Origin: an archaeon
Lineage (GTDB): Archaea; B1Sed10-29; WALL01
Direction: 5' to 3'
Assembly: GCA_042584585.1 (NCBI GenBank)
Contig: JBHOSQ010000002.1
Coordinates: 57,808 to 121,807, forward strand
Length of the DNA stretch: 64,000 bases
Shown here one piece after another: positions 8,601 to 16,452 of the stretch. Numbering within the stretch: position 1 is the stretch's first letter; each line of letters begins with the position of its first letter. The translations under genes were made by a program, and so were the position numbers. The notes under the pieces are model-generated. The model was given only the letters and a program-made list of their open reading frames with translations. It did no database searches and had not been told where the DNA came from.

Positions 8601-10263
8601 TCTTTTCATTACGGAGGTAAAAGTCAAAGTCGTCTCCCCATCTTGTTTGTCTCTCATCTACTGGCAGGCGCAAGTAGCCTTCGTAAAGCTCGTCCCGCCT
8701 TTTCAGCCAGTCTTCTGCCTTGGCTACCTTCCCCTCCATCATATAGTCCAAGTCAACTGTTGCAACGCCCCGTTCCATCTTAGCGACGAGGCCTTGCCCC
8801 GAGACAGCCGACTGGATATCCCCGCTCTTCATGGCTCTACCCAAGTCGTCGTATTGCTTGAACAACTCTTTTCCGGTATCTGCGTCTATAATATTCTTTT
8901 CGTACTTGGCGAGCTGCCCTTGGTAGGTGGCTATATCGTCATAAGAATGCAGCCCAGCGGGGAAATTATTATTCAAATAATTAAGCAGCCGCTGGTTTTG
9001 GGCAAGTTCTGAAACTCCCCCATCACCCAGCCCATTCAACCGATACAATTCTTGAGCCATTTCAGGGTCATTAACAAACTCCTGGATGAAGTTCAGATTA
9101 GTGTAGTAATTGTAGTCCGTCATCATCCCCTTACTGATGGGAACCTCATCAATGTTCTGAAGGGCCTTGGCCCTCAACACATCCATCTGTTTTATGCCTT
9201 GCTCCCCTCGCGTCGAAAACAATTCTCCTAGTGCCTCCAATTGCTTTGGATCTTTTGGATCCAGACTCGCAACGTCGTCTGCGAAACCCCCATGCGTCTT
9301 CGCCAAACTGCGCAGGTCAGTCATAGCCAAGGAATCGTCCATCATCTTGCCGGCGCTTCCCCTGCTGGTGGCGACATCCCTAATCCACTGGAAAAACCCT
9401 TTTCGTTGGTTGGCGTTCGCTCCTTTTTTCAAGTGTTTTGCAGTTTTGAACGATGCAGCCGCGCCAACAACGCCGACCACTAAGTCGACCATGTCCAGCT
9501 TTTTCATGGCAGCCGTGTAAATCACGAGTGCCTGTGGAAGAATGAAAACAGTCGAGCCGGGGCCGCTCGTGGCCATGCTCGTCGTGAACTCCGTCATGCG
9601 GATTCGGGATTGGCCAAGGTCCAAAACATCCGCAGGCGCGAGCTCGCCGATTCCCTCAAGGCTCACGAAGAAAGACATTAAGTCGGCCTTCGTCTTCGCC
9701 TTCTCAAGCTCCGCGATGTAAGCATCGCGCTTGTCCAAGTCGCCCTTAGCCACGCACACATTCTCGGTCACGTTCGACGGGCTCTTCCCGCACATCGCAA
9801 GGTTTTCCCGGAGGTGGCCGCCGTACTCGATTCTTCCGGTGATTTCGGTGCCAATCAAGTAGCCGTTGTCCGGGCGCATTAAATCATCGAGAACCTCGTA
9901 GTAAAACACGGCGCCGTCAGGCCCCATGAAATAAAAGTTGTAGTTGTCGAGCAATTTCGAGCGGTCCGTGCGGGTGTCGACGCCCAATTCCTCGAGCGCG
10001 GACTGGCGGCGGTACTCTTCCGCAGAAGTCGCGACGTCCTGCGTCACAATCCCCTGCAAGGCAGTCGCCTGACGGTAGTCAAGCTCCACAACCTCAAGGG
10101 CGGAATCAACCGCACACGTGCTGCCAGGCTCGGAAATTAGCTCAGGCTCACCAGAAATTAGCTCGATTTCTTCCTCGCCGTTCTCCTGCGCCATAACGCC
10201 GAACGGCGTGAACAGCGAGAACAATAGGAGGGACAAAATGAATACAGCAGACGCCCTATCCAT
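5605..10263 (-). CDS. 1552-aa secreted protein with C-terminal membrane anchor, function unknown
   Basis: N-terminal signal peptide; internal Gly/Ala-rich hydrophobic segments; DMNGDGEVQDEE Ca-binding-like loop; PPAVP + TM + RKT tail. Confidence 0.8.
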   Translation of the reverse strand: MDRASAVFILSLLLFSLFTPFGVMAQENGEEEIELISGEPELISEPGSTCAVDSALEVVELDYRQATALQGIVTQDVATSAEEYRRQSALEELGVDTRTDRSKLLDNYNFYFMGPDGAVFYYEVLDDLMRPDNGYLIGTEITGRIEYGGHLRENLAMCGKSPSNVTENVCVAKGDLDKRDAYIAELEKAKTKADLMSFFVSLEGIGELAPADVLDLGQSRIRMTEFTTSMATSGPGSTVFILPQALVIYTAAMKKLDMVDLVVGVVGAAASFKTAKHLKKGANANQRKGFFQWIRDVATSRGSAGKMMDDSLAMTDLRSLAKTHGGFADDVASLDPKDPKQLEALGELFSTRGEQGIKQMDVLRAKALQNIDEVPISKGMMTDYNYYTNLNFIQEFVNDPEMAQELYRLNGLGDGGVSELAQNQRLLNYLNNNFPAGLHSYDDIATYQGQLAKYEKNIIDADTGKELFKQYDDLGRAMKSGDIQSAVSGQGLVAKMERGVATVDLDYMMEGKVAKAEDWLKRRDELYEGYLRLPVDERQTRWGDDFDFYLRNEKNMFRQGGQEVLSPLGYEDLAKELMGEQDAGIALLDGIVGQRAAGGLRRFGTAVTSGSPSAIFKEVFPDAAESAARSGGSIGVQVAVNSLNRLAIAIYTSPGTLAVMVARGLHSVNDLFFRQGFFELSGAGLTLRYNKDEIGEYYQDDSVIVLLAQNSLVKGLLSSYTGGELGAIFFGVLGQVNENMEPLVSKANLLGDVLVFGGIMYPPSGGVIEVVEENPTGTTHIEQKGDHYIMHIREWDDHVYSAVEDVRTMHKKGGENNLVTAMGMWTNKIDLYGHMYEDEQNLPGGVFTQFDSFIKKIGNWGVFTNMLLASSSYSLFFTRGTLGGLGLGASVLGAPLGLFLTTKSSLLAGEAFVTAQYTDMEDLSQCVRTGESDNPDFTCDERKNCATVLSSCLNQEGMGSTGMVGTAVADVAIASMGLAGPAGAVIVLADVALAIYKIQLREACLRDLGTCQEHTFTIIGAASYSDPVMIAEQQQAEQLKSLPGLENLPVGDFLDASGLGDVTNPLEEFSQQQLNVHTEGYDASGRIAMDEVYYAHLQDVSVQWLEGNLPINLCSLDDAGNPMEETCLNIQGESVTVGGRTIVTDELVPFKWMDTELPALVIPNTAIAVNTPAATDCMLFSVDKTGTRLTINQDVVTKFEEEGFDEVARMMGTLRVINTDGGSIYPSVDYNGDFRFEHDRPDGSFGFSEEDATVTATANVLFNDETLGFESAVFTGGSIIKKGDKIYILPKYFMPTMSGKQWLDYTQGVPLRSVTGEQLEVFDAQNNLLGLNAAVAGVPGGDKLGTITRLDAWKDMNGDGEVQDEEKAGWRFFTDEDNETKFELFYNGEKEIYDADQVEIDEATGDILVYEKDQPHVEANLLREIQTKVDSLGRTLLTINDGKGNILLEEALVTYLKGTGGAIRYDADNNNYIFVNGQPVELNNDFKLNGFNPITGRTDPPLLQPSSVRSEVREYEGEDITPPAVPLRGEGAELFMYLLFLFAGMYFIYRKT

Positions 10264-10286
10264 ACTATGTTTATACCATTAAAGAG

Positions 10287-10294
10287 TATATAAA
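10287..10294 (-). promoter_or_regulatory. TATA box (TTTATATA) for the 1552-aa gene, probably leaderless transcript
   Basis: 24 bp upstream of the ATG at 10263. Confidence 0.6.
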
Positions 10295-10316
10295 GGTCGC
10301 GTCTTCTCCGTCAGCG

Positions 10317-10745
10317 CTAGAGCAGCGCAAAGACCTGGAACACAAACACCATGAAATACCAGAAGACTAAGGACGCCAAAAGCGACAGGAAGTAAATCAT
10401 GAGGTGCCACGGCAGCACCGGCCACTTCTCCATGATTTTGCGGTAGACCATTGCCATTGGCATCACGAAGACGACAAAGGTATAGGTCGCGGGCTCGAAA
10501 AAAGTCAGGATGGGAATAGCCGTCCCGTACCAGAAGGCGATGACGGTTTGTGCCAGAAGGAAATACGCCTCTGTCGCGAGAAACGCGGAAAAGTACCACG
10601 GCTTCAGGTTCTTGAGCGCGAGCTTCGCCGCAACCGCCGCGGCAAACGCCACGAGCGACGAAAGAAACGCGATTATGAGCGTCGCTTGGTAGTCGCCGTA
10701 CAGGAGCGGCAGCCTCAAAAACGTGAAATAAATCTCGAGCAGCAT
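10317..10745 (-). CDS. Hypothetical multi-pass membrane protein at the end of the pilin operon
   Basis: About 4 hydrophobic segments; ATG at 10745 (MLLEIY) inferred. Confidence 0.7.
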   Translation of the reverse strand: MLLEIYFTFLRLPLLYGDYQATLIIAFLSSLVAFAAAVAAKLALKNLKPWYFSAFLATEAYFLLAQTVIAFWYGTAIPILTFFEPATYTFVVFVMPMAMVYRKIMEKWPVLPWHLMIYFLSLLASLVFWYFMVFVFQVFALL

Positions 10746-10765
10746 TCGGTTACACCATACGCGCT

Positions 10766-11305
10766 TCAGTAATAAATCTTTATGTCCATCACGCACCGGA
10801 AAGTGCCGCACGTCTTGTGCTCGATGGGCGAAGAGTAATACGAAAACTTGTAAAAGTTGATTGTGCCGTCAGGGTTCCGGAGGCGCGACAGCAAGTTGCC
10901 GCAGTCCAGGTAAATCGGGTTTTCCGTGTCGCCGACGCGCACGCCGTCGGACTCGCTGTACAAAGTGAGCAAAAGCGGCGTGGGGGACTGCTCGCAAAGC
11001 TCCTCCCACTGCGAGTTAAGCAGTGCATAGCGGCCGCTAGTGCTGTTGAAGTCACCGCGCATGTACGACCCCATTTCGTTCAGCCACGGCTTCAGCACCG
11101 CCCCTCCGCCAATGTCGTATTCGTACTCCAGGTTGCTCAATGCCACGACAGAGCTGCCGACGTAGTCAGAAAAGTAAATGTAGCGGTAGGCCTCGAAGCT
11201 CTTGTTGCCGTAGACAGAGCCCGCCCACAAAAGCACGGCCGCCGCGAGCCCGCAAATCATCAGGAAAAAAATCGCGTCGAAGACCATTGCCTGGCCCCTC
11301 TTCAT
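10766..11305 (-). CDS. Pilin-like protein (class III signal peptide)
   Basis: MKRG/QAMVFDAIFFLMICGLAAAVL; ATGA overlap with the upstream gene. Confidence 0.8.
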   Translation of the reverse strand: MKRGQAMVFDAIFFLMICGLAAAVLLWAGSVYGNKSFEAYRYIYFSDYVGSSVVALSNLEYEYDIGGGAVLKPWLNEMGSYMRGDFNSTSGRYALLNSQWEELCEQSPTPLLLTLYSESDGVRVGDTENPIYLDCGNLLSRLRNPDGTINFYKFSYYSSPIEHKTCGTFRCVMDIKIYY

Positions 11306-11841
11306 GTCCACGTCGTCACCACCAGAGTCGCCAGCTCGTTGCCGGTCTCGGCCTCAATCAAAACAGGGTACACGAGGGAGATAAAGAAGTCTGTTTCGTA
11401 TGGGATGGAGTCGCCGTATTCGTCCTCGGTGTCGACGCACGGGTTTTCGTAAAGCCGGTCGTTGAACGGCGACGAAGTCAAGCGCGGGATGAACTCAATT
11501 GTTTCCACCGGGACGCCGGGGTCGTGCTTCTTCAGCTCCAGCTTCGCGCGCACCCCATAGTTCGCCTTGGTGCGGTCCACCAGCGCGCACATCCCCGAGG
11601 TGTCGTCGCCCCAATACTCTTTCGAGAACACCAATTGCGAGCGCGCCGCCTTTGCCAGCGCGACGTTCGCCTCTATCAAAAGCGCGGCGTTTCGCTTCTC
11701 GGTATAATAGTCGTACGTCAAAGTGATTGCCGAAAAAAACAGCATCAATCCAAGGGCAATCGGGAAAATCGCGGGGAAGTCGTCGCCCAACGGCCCGAGG
11801 TATCCCCTAGATGCAGTTGGAATTATCTTCCCACCCCCCAT
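11302..11841 (-). CDS. Pilin-like protein
   Basis: SRG/YLGPLGDDFPAIFPIALGLMLFF N-terminal helix; operon context. Confidence 0.65.
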   Translation of the reverse strand: MGGGKIIPTASRGYLGPLGDDFPAIFPIALGLMLFFSAITLTYDYYTEKRNAALLIEANVALAKAARSQLVFSKEYWGDDTSGMCALVDRTKANYGVRAKLELKKHDPGVPVETIEFIPRLTSSPFNDRLYENPCVDTEDEYGDSIPYETDFFISLVYPVLIEAETGNELATLVVTTWT

Positions 11842-12439
11842 AGCAGCACTCACCCAGCCGCTCTACAGAAGCCTCGACGGGCACGCCTTCCTTGACAGTG
11901 CCCACGCAAAACACGGTGTTGTTCCGCGAGAATATGATTGTGTCGTCCCGGCCGGAATTCACTGACGGCGAGACGATGAGCGTGTCGCTGGGAAACGCTT
12001 CCCTGAAGCCGACTTCGCCGTCCCTGCCCTCGAACAAAAGGATTTCGCCGTTCGGGTCGTCCGAAATGTCGAAGGGCATGCTTACTGCTGTGGCTGCAAC
12101 AATGCCGTCTTCCGTCATTTCGTCCTCGGTCTCGTGCAGTCCCCACGCCAGAAAAATCGCGACCCGCTCGTTGGACACGCGCTTGACCATCACGGTGTAG
12201 GGGCGCGACGCTTCCCTCACCTCCATGAGCCTCGACAAGTAGACACTGTCGGTGCTGGCCCGGTAAAGCAACGCGCCGTTCGCGACCTCGCCCCACAAAA
12301 GCGTGTGGCTGCGCGCGGTGTCAGAAATTATTTTTTCGCTGTAGACCCGCATGAACAAAGTGAGCACAAGCACGAGCGAGAATAAGAAAATCAGCATTAC
12401 CATCTTGCTCATTATCCACATTCCCAAGCCGCGCTTCAC
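11807..12439 (-). CDS. Pilin-like protein (class III signal peptide)
   Basis: MKRG/LGMWIMSKMVMLIFLFSLVLVL. Confidence 0.75.
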   Translation of the reverse strand: MKRGLGMWIMSKMVMLIFLFSLVLVLTLFMRVYSEKIISDTARSHTLLWGEVANGALLYRASTDSVYLSRLMEVREASRPYTVMVKRVSNERVAIFLAWGLHETEDEMTEDGIVAATAVSMPFDISDDPNGEILLFEGRDGEVGFREAFPSDTLIVSPSVNSGRDDTIIFSRNNTVFCVGTVKEGVPVEASVERLGECCYGGWEDNSNCI

Positions 12440-12451
12440 TCAAAAACCACC

Positions 12452-13003
12452 TCAGTTCGGGACCTTGCACATGAAAACTTTGTAGCCCTCTTTTATCAAC
12501 GCAATCTGGTAATAGCCCGGGATAAGCATGGTACCCCCCGCGGCAATGTCCTCGTAGTCGTACCTAAAACACTCGTCGGTGATGAACTCCATGTTCACCG
12601 GAATCCGCACGCACACCGGCGACGTCGCCTGGGCCAAGCCCAGCGATTCCCCAGTGTATGGATCCTTGTCCTCATACACTCCTTCGAGTAGCATACAATT
12701 TGGATCATGGCAAATTTGTTGGCATGCGTCGCGGCCTTGCGGCGTCAGCGTGAAGTTGTCGACCCTCAATCCCGGGCACGAGTAAAGCGCCAGGTCGACC
12801 GCCACTATGCGCTTTGTGCCCCCCAGTGTCGACGAAAGCTCGATGTCGCGCGCGAAGCCCTGCATGTTGTTCTGCACCCTCTGCTCGCACTCCCACGACT
12901 GGAAAGAGTCAAACAAAAACGCGGCCACGGGGATGACCATCGCCATCATTGCGACCGCAAGCAAAAGCGAAAACGGGGCCTCTTCTTGTCCACGACTAGC
13001 CAT
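12452..13003 (-). CDS. Pilin-like protein (class III signal peptide), Cys-rich
   Basis: MASRG/QEEAPFSLLLAVAMMAMVI. Confidence 0.8.
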   Translation of the reverse strand: MASRGQEEAPFSLLLAVAMMAMVIPVAAFLFDSFQSWECEQRVQNNMQGFARDIELSSTLGGTKRIVAVDLALYSCPGLRVDNFTLTPQGRDACQQICHDPNCMLLEGVYEDKDPYTGESLGLAQATSPVCVRIPVNMEFITDECFRYDYEDIAAGGTMLIPGYYQIALIKEGYKVFMCKVPN

Positions 13004-13034
13004 AACAAAAACAAAGAAAGAGTTGTTTAAATTC

Positions 13035-13193
13035 TTATGGGGCTGCGGAGACCGCGCCAGCGACCGCCGACTGGAACATCGGCTTGATTACGCTGATGAG
13101 CAAAATGGCTGCGATGGCTGCCAAAATCAAGAGATAGATGGGCGTCCAATTAACGTCGCCCCTCTTGTCCATCAGCAGCCACTTAAGCCACAT
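13035..13193 (-). CDS. 52-aa minimal pilin-like protein, absent from the ORF track
   Basis: Manual translation: MWLKWLLMDKRG/DVNWTPIYLLILAAIAAILLISVIKPMFQSAVAGAVSAAP*; fills the gap in the pilin operon. Confidence 0.8.
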   Translation of the reverse strand: MWLKWLLMDKRGDVNWTPIYLLILAAIAAILLISVIKPMFQSAVAGAVSAAP

Positions 13194-13198
13194 AAACC

Positions 13199-13657
13199 TT
13201 ACCGCTCAGCCCTGAAGCCAATGCTGCACAATTCGCCTCGTCCACTCGGGCAGTACGCGCGTATCGATCCCGACACGTCCGACTTCACCGCCAAATGGCC
13301 TTCGGTGGTTGCAGTGCCTTCAGTACACTCGAACTGGGCCTCAGAAAACTCGTAGCCCGTACACTGGCTCATTGAGCTGCCCTCGCAGCAGAAGCCAACC
13401 GAGTACTCGTTCAGCTCGGCAGCGCGAGCCACCGCGTTCGCAAAGAACTCTTCGTCCTCATTGAACCTGACGACGTTCGAGACAGAGGCACGGCCCCCGC
13501 CACGGACTTCCTTCAGTTCCTGGCCCATGACCCTCAACGGGTCTTCACTGGCAATCGTAATTCCGCCGATGATGTTCAGCAAAATCACTAGGATTGCGCC
13601 TGCCACCACCGCAGCAATCAATAATTTGAAAGCGTCAAAAGCTTGTCCACGTTGCAT
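13199..13657 (-). CDS. Pilin-like protein (class III signal peptide)
   Basis: MQRG/QAFDAFKLLIAAVVAGAILVILL; has its own TATA box at 13697-13704. Confidence 0.85.
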   Translation of the reverse strand: MQRGQAFDAFKLLIAAVVAGAILVILLNIIGGITIASEDPLRVMGQELKEVRGGGRASVSNVVRFNEDEEFFANAVARAAELNEYSVGFCCEGSSMSQCTGYEFSEAQFECTEGTATTEGHLAVKSDVSGSIRAYCPSGRGELCSIGFRAER

Positions 13658-13696
13658 TTTGGATAACCCCCTTCGTTAACGGATAATGAGTTGAGA

Positions 13697-13704
13697 TATA
13701 TAAA
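13697..13704 (-). promoter_or_regulatory. TATA box upstream of the pilin sub-operon
   Basis: TTTATATA on the minus strand, 40 bp before the ATG at 13657. Confidence 0.55.
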
Positions 13705-13707
13705 GCT

Positions 13708-14277
13708 TTAGCAAACAGTTTCGCCAAACCACGCGTGGCACTTGTTTTCCTCACAAACCACGCACACATCGATGCTTTCGCCCGGCGCGAACCCCATCGT
13801 GGTGCACCTCGAGGTCACGAGGCCACACTTCCCCAGCACGGTCACGGGCACCTCGCCCTCAAGGCAATACGGATGGCGGCAATGCATGAAAACGTCTACG
13901 TTGGACGGCAGTCCCGACTTGAACACCAATGCCTCGGAAGAGAACTCTTCTTCCTCAAGAATCGCTTCCCTCACGAAGTTCACGCCCGTCTCCCTGCCCG
14001 CATAGGCAGAGCTGAGCAATTCGGATGTGACGAAAAACACGGACGCCGCCGGAGCCTGCTCCCTCACAGACTGCACCACCCCGTAAACGACCATCAGCAT
14101 GACGACAGCAATGACCCCGCCCTGCAAAAGCTTCATCACGGCCCATTGTTGCCCGCGGGAGCCGATGCCAATGCCAAACCGCCTGCGAAGCAGGCCGGGG
14201 GGTTTGCTTCCCGGGGTAGCAGGGGGGCAGAGCCCCCCTAAGACGCCGGTACATTGCTGGCCCTTGGAGCCAATCAA
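13708..14277 (-). CDS. Pilin-like protein with duplicated signal motif and an in-frame palindromic insertion
   Basis: MIGSKGQQ...IGSRG/QQWAVMKLLQGGVIAVVMLMVV; similar to the neighbouring pilin (FKLL..VVA). Confidence 0.75.
   Translation of the reverse strand: MIGSKGQQCTGVLGGLCPPATPGSKPPGLLRRRFGIGIGSRGQQWAVMKLLQGGVIAVVMLMVVYGVVQSVREQAPAASVFFVTSELLSSAYAGRETGVNFVREAILEEEEFSSEALVFKSGLPSNVDVFMHCRHPYCLEGEVPVTVLGKCGLVTSRCTTMGFAPGESIDVCVVCEENKCHAWFGETVC
14167..14251 (-). mobile_element. Hairpin element inserted in the pilin gene
   Basis: CGGCGTC-TTA-GGGGGGCTCTGCCCCCC-T-GCTACCCCGGGAAGC-AAA-CCCCCC matches the tRNA-flanking elements; flanked by 17/23 direct repeats. Confidence 0.65.
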
Positions 14278-16452
14278 CTACATTGCCCCCGCAGTCATCT
14301 TCATCGCCATAAACGTCACGCCAAAGAAAATAGCCATGGCAATGGGCATCGCCTGGGCCAACGCCATCTTGAACGCCAGGTCGTTGTCGCCCTCGTTGAC
14401 GTGCGAGGCAAAATACATGAGGATGGCCACAATCTCAATCATGTAAAAGCTGATTATTAAAAGGAGCTCGGCCTGCGACGCCGCGCTCTCCAACACATCC
14501 GCCCCGCCCAAAGACGGCATCTCGAACGCCCCGCCGGGCATGCTCGACGAGCCCTCGCTCAGCCCCGACTTGCCCATGGACGACATCGCGCTCATGATGA
14601 TTTGCTGGAGCGCGATTGTGATGCCGAGCACGACCGGCGCGATGAACATGCTCATCGTCGCCATCATGGTAGTGATGTCCGAAAGCATTGCCTTCAGCGC
14701 CTTCTCGACTTTTTGCATGTCACGGATTTGCAGCGAGAGAGAGATTAGTGAGCGGGCTGCGGTCTGCACCCCAAGGCCCAGCGAGTCGACCACGATGCGC
14801 ATCGTGCCGTGGATGAACCCACTCGGGATGAACCGGAGCGATCCGTACGCCTCGTCGAACAAAGCCGTCTTCACGGTCATGCCAAGCATGCGGACGTTAT
14901 GGAGCGTCGGCAGGAAAATTCTTTTTGTCGCCTGGGAGTTGGGAATGAACTCCGCGGCGTGCTTCATCGCGTCCTCCATGGGGCGGCCCTCGCCAAGGCG
15001 CGACGCCAGGATGTAAAGCGTTTCCTGGAACCCGTTCTCCATCTCGATGAGCTCGCGCTGCATCGCCCACCTGTCCTTGTAGCTCGACCACAGGAAGAAC
15101 CCAAACGCCGACACGATGCCGAGCATGAAGCCCGCGTATTGCAGGTACGGGATGCAGCCGATGGTGCGGTGGACCAAGCCCGAGGCGTCGGTTATTGGGC
15201 CGAGCCCGCCGAGCAGGCAGTAGCTGTCATACCCCGACTCGAAAGACAGTGGCTGCGGGTCGAGGAAGGGCGTGCCGATTAACGACGCGACCACGAGGCC
15301 CGCGAAAATCATGAAAGCGACTACACGCACAGGCAATTGGTAGCCCGCAATGCTGAACCATCCCGGCTTCGGAAGGCCAGGCATGTCGGCGGGGACCTTC
15401 GGGACCTCGCGCGTCGGCGGGCGCTTCTCGAGAATGCTCTTCGCGAGGAAAAACGACGCCACCGGAATAAGCAAATTGTAAATGACCGCGAGCGGGAAAG
15501 CGCCGGCGAGCCAGCCGATGTCCTCGCCGCCCATCATCGCGCCGACCGGGATGATGATAATCAGCAAAAGCGGGAGCAGCACGCCGAAGTAGTACAGGTA
15601 GATGCTCGGCTGGTGCATCGCGCGGCTGTAGAAATCCATTTTTTCCTGGATGCCCTCGAGCACGTCGCTGATTGCCTTGTCGAGCAAGTCGTTCCGCTTG
15701 TTCTCGTCCGCCTCCATCACGGACGAGCGGATGAGCATGAGCGCGTGCTTGAACTCGGAAGAGTACTCGCCCCACTTCCACGCCATGTTGTCCAAAGCCT
15801 CTTCGACAGACCGGTACTTGCCGACGTGAATGTCGTACTGCAGGTCCTTGAAGTCCTCGGCGATGCGGCCCTGGCCGTGCTTCGCCACGAAGCCAATGGC
15901 GCGCTCGAGGTTTGGCGTCACCTTCATCGCCATGACAAAATAATTAACGATTTCGGGAATGAACGTCAGGGAGCGGATGCGCAGCTTTTCCGCTTCCTTC
16001 ATTGGGTAGGACTGCACGTAGTACATGGCGTACATCGCGAGCGCGAACGGCCCGAAGTACCAGAACAGCCCCAAGTCCATGGTCAATGGATGGCCGATTA
16101 AAGTGAAGCCGGCGATTGTTATCGGGCCAATCATCGTGGAAAAGATGTACTCCATCAATGCCCACACAAACGCGATGCCGACGCCGACGTACATAACGAA
16201 CAATGGCGCGGAATTCAATTCCGCGGGCTTCAATTTCCAGCCGAGGAAAGCAAGTGCGACCTTGTACTGCTCGGTCAACTCTTTTTTCGCGCCCGAGCCG
16301 AACATCTTGTGGGTGTACTTACAGAAGTTGATGTAGCGGTTCGGCTTCACCACTTCTTTTGTCTTGGCCTTCTTGCCGCCGCCGAAAAGGAGCTCCGCCA
16401 CGTTGGCCTTGGGCTTACTCTTTGGCTTTCGGCTTGACCTTGGCAAGTGCAT
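14278..16452 (-). CDS. Large pilus platform membrane protein (two T2SSF-like halves, FlaJ/TadC-like)
   Basis: PNLERAI...IAEDFK and LASRLGEGRPMEDAM motifs, many TM helices, adjacent to an ATPase; GAGGAGG RBS. Confidence 0.85.
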   Translation of the reverse strand: MHLPRSSRKPKSKPKANVAELLFGGGKKAKTKEVVKPNRYINFCKYTHKMFGSGAKKELTEQYKVALAFLGWKLKPAELNSAPLFVMYVGVGIAFVWALMEYIFSTMIGPITIAGFTLIGHPLTMDLGLFWYFGPFALAMYAMYYVQSYPMKEAEKLRIRSLTFIPEIVNYFVMAMKVTPNLERAIGFVAKHGQGRIAEDFKDLQYDIHVGKYRSVEEALDNMAWKWGEYSSEFKHALMLIRSSVMEADENKRNDLLDKAISDVLEGIQEKMDFYSRAMHQPSIYLYYFGVLLPLLLIIIIPVGAMMGGEDIGWLAGAFPLAVIYNLLIPVASFFLAKSILEKRPPTREVPKVPADMPGLPKPGWFSIAGYQLPVRVVAFMIFAGLVVASLIGTPFLDPQPLSFESGYDSYCLLGGLGPITDASGLVHRTIGCIPYLQYAGFMLGIVSAFGFFLWSSYKDRWAMQRELIEMENGFQETLYILASRLGEGRPMEDAMKHAAEFIPNSQATKRIFLPTLHNVRMLGMTVKTALFDEAYGSLRFIPSGFIHGTMRIVVDSLGLGVQTAARSLISLSLQIRDMQKVEKALKAMLSDITTMMATMSMFIAPVVLGITIALQQIIMSAMSSMGKSGLSEGSSSMPGGAFEMPSLGGADVLESAASQAELLLIISFYMIEIVAILMYFASHVNEGDNDLAFKMALAQAMPIAMAIFFGVTFMAMKMTAGAM

